Part shown: in pieces, positions 55,301 to 64,000 of the stretch
Numbering within the stretch: position 1 is the stretch's first letter
Layout: each line of letters starts with the position of its first letter
Assembly: GCA_951406725.2 (NCBI GenBank)
Contig: OX597819.1
Location: 48,670,001 to 48,734,000 of the forward strand
Length of the DNA stretch: 64,000 nt
Direction: 5' to 3'
From: Octopus vulgaris
Lineage: Eukaryota
The notes under the pieces: generated by a model
What the model was told of the DNA's origin: nothing
Database searches by the model: none
Seen by the model: the letters and a program-made list of their open reading frames with translations, nothing else
Translations under genes and position numbers: made by a program

Positions 55301-56219
55301 TATATACATATATATATATATATACACAAATACACACACATACATGCAAATACATACATATACATTCACACATACCCACATGTATACATTCATATGTATA
55401 CGTGTGTGTGTGCATTTGTGCATGTGCATATGCAAGAAGATGTGTGGAGGTGTTTCCTTGGCTGCTTGAGTGTATGATTATGCATAGGTACATGGTGCTC
55501 TTTGGCCACATTTTGATTGTGGCTACATGATAATGCACATGTATGTGTATGTAATTGGATATATGTTCTTTTATTTATTTGCATTCTGTTGATTTTGGGA
55601 ATCTGTGCACGTGTGCATGTATCTATGAGTGAATGTAATTGTATGTGTGTGCATGTGCATGTGTGATGTGTGTATTTATGCAAGTGTTCATGTATGCAGC
55701 TGTTTGCATGTCTTTGTGTGCAGGTGCATGTGGGCACGTGTGTTTGCATGTGTTTGCATTTACAGGTGTGTGTGTGAATGTGTGTATGTATGTGTGTGTG
55801 TGTGTGTATGAGTTCACATTTGCAGGTGTATGCATGTGTGTGTGTGTATGTGTGCGTGTGCATGAGTGTGTATGTGTGTGTGTGTGCATGTGCATCTGTG
55901 TGTGTCTGTAAGTGTGTAGTGGTGGGGTGCAGATATGCGATTTTGCAGAAATATGAAGGTTAGAATACATCGAATAATGGGAAAAAAAAACATTAAAAAA
56001 AATAAAAAGATAAAAAAATAAAACAAAACATAATATAACTACAAATAACAATATCAATATAAACACTATAAAAACAAAATGCATTAAATAAACAGCAACA
56101 TATAAACAAAACAATAATAAATAAATGTGAAAACAAATAAACAAACAAGCCATTGAAAGGCTTTTGTCTCTCATTCAGAGACGGTGGTGGTTGAGAGGGG
56201 GGAGGGAAGAAAAGGTTAG

Positions 56220-56760
56220 ACTGTTGTTGTTGTTGTTGTTGTTGTTGGTTGGTGGTGGTGGTGGTGATGGTGATGGTGGTGGAGGGGACTGACTGAGAGG
56301 ATAGAAGACTGAGTATCTTGTTGTTGTTGGTGGTGGTGTTGTTGGTATTGGTGAGGGCTGACTGGGAGGATAAAAGACTGAGTGATGCTGTTGCTGTTGT
56401 TTTTGCTGTTGTTGTTGTTGTTATTAGTGGTAGTAATGGGGTTGTTGTTGTTGTTGGTGTTGTTGGAGGTGGTGATGGTAGTGGTGCTGGTATTACAAAT
56501 AGTACAGGCAGTAGTAGTGTTGGTTGGTAGTGGTGGGAGTAGTAGTAATAGTGGTGGAATCGGTAATAGTAGAGACAGCAGTTTTGCTGTTGTGAGTAGT
56601 GGTGGTAGTGCTAGTATTGGTACTAGCACATGTAGTAGTGGTGTTGTGGTGGTGGTGGTGGTGGTGGTAGTGGTGGTTTTGGTGATGTTGGAATTGGTAA
56701 TAGTGCAGGCAGTTATAGCGTTGTTGTTGTTGTTGTTATTGGTGAGATTGATAACAGTGC
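56220..56760. repeat. (GTT/GGT/AGT)n low-complexity tract
   Basis: Direct inspection. Confidence 0.85.
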
Positions 56761-57230
56761 AGGTCAACCTTAATCTAGCAGATCCAGGTTAATCTTAATC
56801 TAGCAGACTTAAGTTAATCTAGTGGACCTAGGTTAGTCTTAACCTAACAGACCCAGGTAAATCTTAATTTAGCAGAACCAGGCTAATCTTAATCTAGCAA
56901 ATCCATGTTAATCTTAATCAAGCAAACCCAGGTTAATCTTAATCTAGCAGACTTAAGTTAATCTTAATCTAGAAGACTTAGGTTAATCTTAATCTAGTAG
57001 AGCCAGGTTAGTCTTAATCTGGCAAACCTAGGTAAATCTTAATTTAACAGGGCCGGGTTAATCTTAATCTAGCAAATCCAGGTTAATCTTAATCTAGCAG
57101 GCACTGGTTAATCTTAATCTAGCAGATCTAGGCGCATCTTAATCTAGCTGACCTAGGTTAATCCTAGTTTGGTAGACCTAGGCTAATCTTAATCTAACAA
57201 ACTTAGGTTAATCTTAATCAAATAGATCTA
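56761..57230 (+). repeat. 25-bp minisatellite, about 19 copies, consensus near AGGTTAATCTTAATCTAGCAGACCY
   Basis: TTAATCTTAATCTAG recurs every 25 bp. Confidence 0.92.
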
Positions 57231-57659
57231 TATGATCAAAGGCATTTCAGCCATGACCATCTTGCCTTCTTAGCACTATGTTATCTAACATGTCCTTTGT
57301 TTAAAACTGTATGGTTTGATCTGAGAGAAACTTGGCTGCTATTTCTAGCATCTTGATCCTCCCTCACTGGCTCAGGTACCCAATTGTTGTTGTTGCTGTT
57401 GTTTAGCTCCAGATCAATCATAATTAAGTAGGCCTACAGTCAATGGTCTTCTAGCACCCTACCTGCCAATCCATGACCTTCCCATCTTATTTTCAAATGG
57501 TATTACATATGGGACTACATTATCTTATATGTCCATCATCATGATTTGAGGGAAATTTGGCTGTTCTTTCTAGTGTCTACATTGAGACTCCACAGTGGCT
57601 GAAGTGGTACTGTTCATTGCAGTGTTTGGGCTGTTGTATTTAGTAGTCTAATTATAGAT

Positions 57660-58597
57660 GTAGTTCTAGTAGTGGTTGTGATTGTGGTGGTGGTAGTTGT
57701 GGTGGTTATGATTATGGCAACAATAAGTGGTAGTTGTTGTAGTGTTGGTTGTTATGGTAGTGTGGTGGTTGTGGCAGTAGCGGTTGTGTAATACTTGTAG
57801 TAGAAGTTGCTGTGGTGGTTGTGTAGTAGTGGTAGTGGTTGTGGAGATGGTGGTTGTGGTAGTGATTGTGGTAGTGGTGATTGTGATAGTGGTGAATATG
57901 GTTGTGGTGGCTGTGGTAGTGGTCATTTTATCTAGCAGCTGCAGTTGTTGTAATGGTTATAGTAGTGGTGATTGTGATGGTGGTCAAGGTTGTTGTAGCA
58001 GTAGTGGTTGTACTATTGGTAGATGTGGTACTGGCATTCGTTGTAGCAATTACGGTAGTGGTAGTGGTTGCAGTGGTAGTAGTTTACAAGGTGGGGTGTG
58101 GCAGTTATAGTGTAGTAAAGTGGTAGTGGTGATTGTGGTAATAGTTGTGGTGATGGTTGTAGTATAAGTGGTGGTAGTAGTAGAGGTGTAAACATGGCTG
58201 CTACAGTGGCAGTGGTGGGATGGGTGCTTGTCATGGTAGTAGTAGAAGTGGTAATTGTGATAGTTGTAGTGATGTTAGTGGTGGTGGTGGTAGTGGTGGT
58301 AGTGATCATTGCAGTAGTGGTGATAGTGGCTGTTATAATGATTGCAGTGGTTTTGGCAGTAGTTGTGATAACTGTAGTAGTGTTGTTGGTGGTGGTGATT
58401 GCCGAAGTAGTGATGTGGTGGTGATAGTGACAATGATAGTGTTGTTGTTATTGGTGGTGGTGGTGATTAGCGGTGGGTGGTGATCATGGTGGTGGTGGTG
58501 GTGGTGGTGGTGGTGGTGATGGTGATGGCTGCAGCAGAATTATTTACTTTGATAGTCGTGGTAGTTGTAGTGGTAGAAAAAGTACTGACTGTGGTAG

Positions 58598-58629
<32 letters not shown>

Positions 58630-58992
58630 GTGGTAGTGGTGGTATTGGTAGTGACTGTGTTGTTGTTATTGTTGTTTTTGAGGTAGTAATAATGATAGTT
58701 GTAGCAGTGTTGATGGTGGTGGTGGTGGTGGTGGGTTTGGTTGTGGTGGTGGTAGTGATGGTGGTGATAATTGTGGTGGTGTTGGTTATGGTGGTTGTGG
58801 TTGTGGTGGTGGTGGTGGTGGTGGTGGTTATGTTGGTGGGTGGTGTGTTGAGAGGAGGAGTTAGAAGGAAAAACAAGGCAAAGGTTAATTCCTGAGAAGA
58901 AAAAAAATAGATAAAAATAAAATAAAAAATGTGAAGATGTCAATTAAGAATGCAAATGTAAAGAGGAATAAATAAATAAATAAATAAATAAA

Positions 58993-59046
<54 letters not shown>

Positions 59047-59072
59047 GGTGGTGGTGGTTTTGGTGGTGGTGG

Positions 59073-59113
<41 letters not shown>

Positions 59114-59125
59114 GTGATGATGATA
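57660..59125. repeat. Long (GGT/GTA/GAT)n low-complexity region
   Basis: Direct inspection. Confidence 0.9.
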
Positions 59126-59389
59126 ACAATAACAAGTATGAATGAATGAATGGACGGATGAATGAATGAATGAAATAAGGAGGGTCTTTAAAATAAAGAA
59201 GAAAAAAAATAAGATGGGGGAAAAAAAGCCAAAAAAGAAAGACAAATTGTGAGATGTAATGAAGGAAGGAGGTGAATGGTTAAGAGGAAGAAGTTAGTGG
59301 AATAAGACAAGGAGAAAATGTGATGAAATATATTAGGAAGCATTGAGACATTTGTGTTGTGTGTTGATGGTGGATATGAACATTTTGTG

Positions 59390-60000
59390 TATGCGTGTGT
59401 ATGTGTGTGTGAATGTATCTGAGTATGTGTGTGTGTGTTTGTGTCTCTGTGTGTGTTTGTATGTGTGTTTGTGTGTGTGTGAATGTATTTGAGTATGTGT
59501 GTGTGTGTGTTTATGTCTGTGTGTGTGTTTGTATGTGTGTTTGTGTGTGTGTGAATGTATTTGAGTGTATGTGTGTGTGTGTGTGTGTGTATGTGTGTAT
59601 GAAGGTATCTGAGTGTGTGTGAGATCGTGTGTGTGTTTGTGTATGTGTGTGTGTGTTTGTCTGTGTATGTGTGAATGTATCTGAGTGTTTGTGTGTTTGT
59701 GTATGTGTGTGGTTGTGTGTATGTGTGTGTGTGTGTATGTGTGTGTGAAGGTATCTGAGTGTGTGTGTGTGTGTGTTTTTGTGTATGTGTGTGAATGTAT
59801 CTGAGTGTGTGTTTGTGTATGTATGTGTGTGTGTATGTGTGAATGTATCTGAGTGTGTGTGTGTGTGTATGTGTGTGTGTGTGTGAACGTATTTGAGTGT
59901 GTGTGTTTGTGTGTATGTTATGGAGATGTGTATTTGTATGGGCATGTGTATGTAAGTGCGTGAATGTAAAATTATGTGAATGTTTGAGTGTGTGTGTTTG
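59390..60000 (+). repeat. (GT)n-derived higher-order repeat with recurrent GTGAATGTATCTGAGT anchor
   Basis: The anchor recurs about ten times at irregular spacing. Confidence 0.8.
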
Positions 60001-60856
60001 TATGTGTGTGTAGATGAATGCTAAAGTGTGTATGTATGGATATCACTATCTCATTGTGTGTGTTTATGTGTGTGTGTATGTGTGTGGTGTGTGTACTTGT
60101 ATGAAAATATATATTTGTGTGTGCATGTATGTATAACAGTGTAGGAATGTAAAAATATATGAATACATAAAATGTATATGTATGTGTATATATGTATCTG
60201 TGTGTGTGTGTGTGTGTATCATTGTAGGAATGTAAAAATATATGAATGCATAAGATGTATATGTATGTGTATTTATGTGTATCTGTGTATGTGCATATGT
60301 GTGTGTGTGTATTCTATGAAGATGTATATTTATGTGTGTTCATATGTATGTCAATATGTGAATGTAAAATTATGTGTGACTGCAGATATGTATGTGTAAT
60401 CTGGGCATGTGTGTGTGTGTATGTGTACGTGTGTGTGTGTGTGAATGTGAGTGTGTATTTGTATGTAAATGTATATTTATGAATGTGAAATATGTGAAAG
60501 CATAAATGTATATATGTATATATATATGTATATATATCTGCATGAGTGTGTGTGTGTATCTGAGTGTATGTATGTGAATATGAATGGAAATGTGTGTGTA
60601 TATGTCGGTATGTGTGTTGTGTAGGTGGGTACTTGTATGAATATAAGTATATAAGAGTATATGTGTATGTACATGTATGGAATGCAGAGTGATATGTGAA
60701 TGTATATGTGTCTATATGTGCATGAATATGTATGTGTGCATTCCCGTGTGTGTGTGTGTGTTTATAATATAAATATATCAGAAAGTATGTGCATGCATGC
60801 ATGAATACAGAATTATATCTGAATGTATAACGTATAACAGAACATGTTTGTGCACA

Positions 60857-60904
<48 letters not shown>

Positions 60905-61008
60905 CAAAAATATATATACATGCATGTGTATTTGTACATGTATTTGTTTATATAACTGTATCACAAAAACCTATAATGTTTAACAGAGTGTGTATATGTT
61001 TGAGTGTG

Positions 61009-61047
<39 letters not shown>

Positions 61048-61310
61048 TCACCATCATCATCATCATCGTTTAACGTCTGCCTTCCATGCTGGCATGGGTT
61101 ATGCAGGAATGTGTGTTTGTGTGTGTGTGTATTTGTATGGCTATACCATAAAGAAGTATAATGTATAACAGAGTATGTACACGCAAGTATATAGTAATAT
61201 AAATATGTATATACATGTATGTGGGACTGCGGGTGTGTTTATATTTAGATAAATATACCATATAACTATATAAGAGTGTATGTGCATTCATAAATGAATA
61301 CAAAGTTACA

Positions 61311-61364
<54 letters not shown>

Positions 61365-61390
61365 TGTAAAAATAAATATATGAAGGAGAT

Positions 61391-61632
61391 GTGTTGGAGA
61401 AGCTGGCAGTCAAAACACATGAAATAAGTTCTTACAAATGGTTTGAGGGTTCCCTAGAAGTAGTAGATATCTTCTGTTACCTAGGTGACCTAATTAGCAG
61501 TAGGGCCGGGTGTTTTGGAAGCATAGTAGCTAGAGTAAGAACAAAATAGTGGTGCAAAAAGTTCTGGGAGCTATTTTACCTCAGCAGGCAACAAGAGGTT
61601 TTTCTCATTAAGAGAAGGGTAGATTGTATGTT
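61391..61632 (+). mobile_element. RTE LINE internal relic
   Basis: SLEVVDIFCYLGDLISS..ARVR, the RTE post-RT motif. Confidence 0.7.
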
Positions 61633-62135
61633 CCCCGGGAACACCATCACCATCACCATCATTTAACATCTGGTTTTCCATGCTGGCATGGATTGGATAG
61701 TTTGACAAGAGTTGGTTAACCAGAGGACAGTGCCAAATCTGCTTTGGAATGGTTTCTACATCTGGATGTTCTTCCTAATGCCAGCCACTTTACAGAGTAC
61801 TAGGTGCCTTTTAAGTGGTATTGGCACCAGTGAGGTCACTTAAGTAACTCACAAGACAAGACAGTCAACCAAAGGTGGCTTTATGCTAGATGAATGATTC
61901 TTAACCATTTTTTGCCCACAGATCCCTTTCATTTTTATTTTACTTTGATGGATTCCCATATTGAAAAAAAAACAAAAATCCTATATCTTTAATGAGATAT
62001 TATTAAGGATGCCTTCCTTTTACCTTTTTCTTTCACTTGTTTTAGTTATTAGACTCTAGCCATGCTGGGGTACTGCGCTGAAGAATTTTTAGCTGAATGG
62101 ATTAATTTACATTATTTACATTATTTACATTTGAT

Positions 62136-62336
62136 GCATACGGTGTAGTCGTTAAGAGCGTGGGCTACTAACCTCAAGATTCTGAGCTCGTTTCCAGGCA
62201 GTGACCTGAATAATAATAATAATAGCCCGTGGGCATATGGTGTAGTCATTAAGAGAGTGAGCTACTAAACCCAAGATTCCAAGTTCGATTCCAGGCAGTG
62301 ATTTGAATAATAATAATAATAATAATAATAATGATG

Positions 62337-62404
<68 letters not shown>

Positions 62405-62405
62405 T
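62136..62405 (+). mobile_element. Two tandem ~75-80 bp tRNA-like SINEs, each with a (TAA)n tail
   Basis: (T/C)GGTGTAGTC(G/A)TTAAGAG A-box-like and AGTTCGATTCC B box, directly followed by (AAT)n. Confidence 0.7.
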
Positions 62406-62406
62406 A

Positions 62407-62449
<43 letters not shown>

Positions 62450-63354
62450 CGATGACGATGATGATGATGTTGCTATTGTTAACATATGCTATGTTAACAA
62501 CAAACAAGATATCTGTCAAATGTGAATAATGTAAATAATGTAAATAATGTACATAATTCCTCATCTCTTAAATATAGAACTGAATGAATTAACCCTAGTA
62601 CTTCATTTTCTTTTTAAGCCTAGTACTTACTCTATTAGTCTCTTTTGCCAAACTGCTATGTTACAGGGTCGTAAACATAACAACACTGATATGTATGTAT
62701 GCAAAAATGCATACATACATATATATATATTTGACGGGCTTCTTTTAGTTTCTGTCTAGCAAATCCACTCAAGGCTTTGGTTGGCCTGAGGCTTCAGTAG
62801 AAGGTGTCACGCAGTGGGACTGAACCTGGAACCATGTGGTTGGGAAGCAAGCTTCATACCACACAGCCATGCATATTTATTTATATTTATGTTTATATGA
62901 GAAAGTGGATATGTCTGTTTGGACATGTGTGTTTGAATGTTTATAAAATCTATAGATTCATATACACGCATACTCATACACATACACACACATGTAAACA
63001 CACACATTCACACTCTGATGTTCATTCATTTATATATGTATTCTACACATGTATTCATGTCTTTATCTAAATATGAGTAAAGAAATAGTTGTCCAAACAG
63101 TAAGACATATTTTCTTATAATCTATAAATCTAAATGCACATATACAGAGAGGGAGAGGGGGAGGGAGAGAGAGAGAGAGGGAGAGAGATGGGGAGGGAGA
63201 GAGAGAACAATAAATGCGAGCATATACATGTATATATGCACATACAGAATATATCTATATCACAATATCTTCTCAACCATGTTAATATATTTATATGTGT
63301 GTTTCTATGTATGTGAGTGTGTATATGTGTGTGTGTGTGTCTACAAATTTGATA

Positions 63355-63590
63355 GCTGTCCACTCGTGACTGAATAATACCATCAATGACCATGAAGATC
63401 ATTGTACGCTCAAACAAATTTACACTTTACACTTTACACTTGCGGCTCCACTGGTGACTAATGAACCCAGCCCTTGGTAACCATACATGTCCACAGATAT
63501 TGCAGACCAAGCCTCTCCCCCATTCACTATACTGTCTTTGTGTTTTTGCACAGCTTACTTAAATTCTGCATGAAGCAAGAAAAATGTGTG
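63355..63590 (-). mobile_element. RTE-like LINE 3' end with decayed C2H2 finger
   Basis: Homologous to 32340-32504 (LVCNICGHVWLPRAGFISHQWSRKCKV*). Confidence 0.7.
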
Positions 63591-63764
63591 ACGATAGGTC
63601 TTTGTTGGATAGTGTCAATTACTGCATCATTTACAACCGACTTGTGGTTTTGAAGTTCATATAAGATATGTCCATGTGTGTGTGCGTGTGTGTATATAGG
63701 TTTGCATAGGTATGTGTGAGTGTGTTACTGTACATACACACACATATATATAGTTGAAATTTAT

Positions 63765-63935
63765 AGGAAAACAAAAGACTAAGATAGGTGTATGAACAAC
63801 AAGCAAGTGTATTAGCTTGACGTTTCGGAAAATGAAAAAAAGTCTCTTACATTTTGAGCCTATGCTCTTCAACAGAAAGGAATAAGAGAAAATAAACAGG
63901 GAGAGAATCAAGAAAAACTTGTAGATTTAGTAGTC
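63765..63935 (-). mobile_element. Penelope-like terminal-repeat remnant with degenerate hammerhead motif
   Basis: Minus strand CTTT CTGTTGA A GAGC ATAG GCTC AAAA TGTA AGAG. Homologous to 2655-2830. Confidence 0.5.
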
Positions 63936-63965
63936 AAGCATATATGTATGTATGCATGTATGTAT

Positions 63966-63996
63966 ATACCCGGGCAACGCCGGGTATCTCTGCTAG
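63966..63996 (+). mobile_element. Isolated Helitron 3' terminus
   Basis: ATACCCGG GCAACG CCGGGTAT hairpin, then CTAG|T. Resembles the end of 26715-27224. Confidence 0.8.
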
Positions 63997-64000
63997 TGTA

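Noticed and set aside
56761-57230. CRISPR array
   Set aside because: Contiguous 25-bp units with no unique spacers.

Overview
This is eukaryotic, AT-rich, very repeat-dense DNA, almost certainly intronic or intergenic. The SINE families, (TA/CA/TACA/CAT)n load and transposon mix point to an octopus (coleoid cephalopod) genome; that is inference from pattern recognition, not a database hit. I cannot support any intact host gene, and nearly all ORFs in the track are microsatellite or SINE artefacts. Recognisable protein-coding relics are a 143-bp histone H2A fragment, two Tc1/mariner transposases, a piggyBac transposase, a Ty3/Gypsy gag-pol, and RTE, R4/Dong-like and Penelope fragments. There are also hAT, pogo, piggyBac and mariner MITEs, a young Helitron and at least four tRNA-derived SINE families. 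The most interesting signals are: (1) the mutation-free H2A fragment sandwiched between two co-oriented RTE 3' tails, which looks like double template switching onto a histone mRNA; (2) three distinct minimal or variant hammerhead-ribozyme motifs, one in a 70-bp-arm hairpin, probably from Penelope-like elements; (3) a Gypsy LTR with both a PPT and a PBS; (4) several local duplications of chimeric insertion junctions. Coordinates of degraded repeats are approximate (about 10-20 bp).
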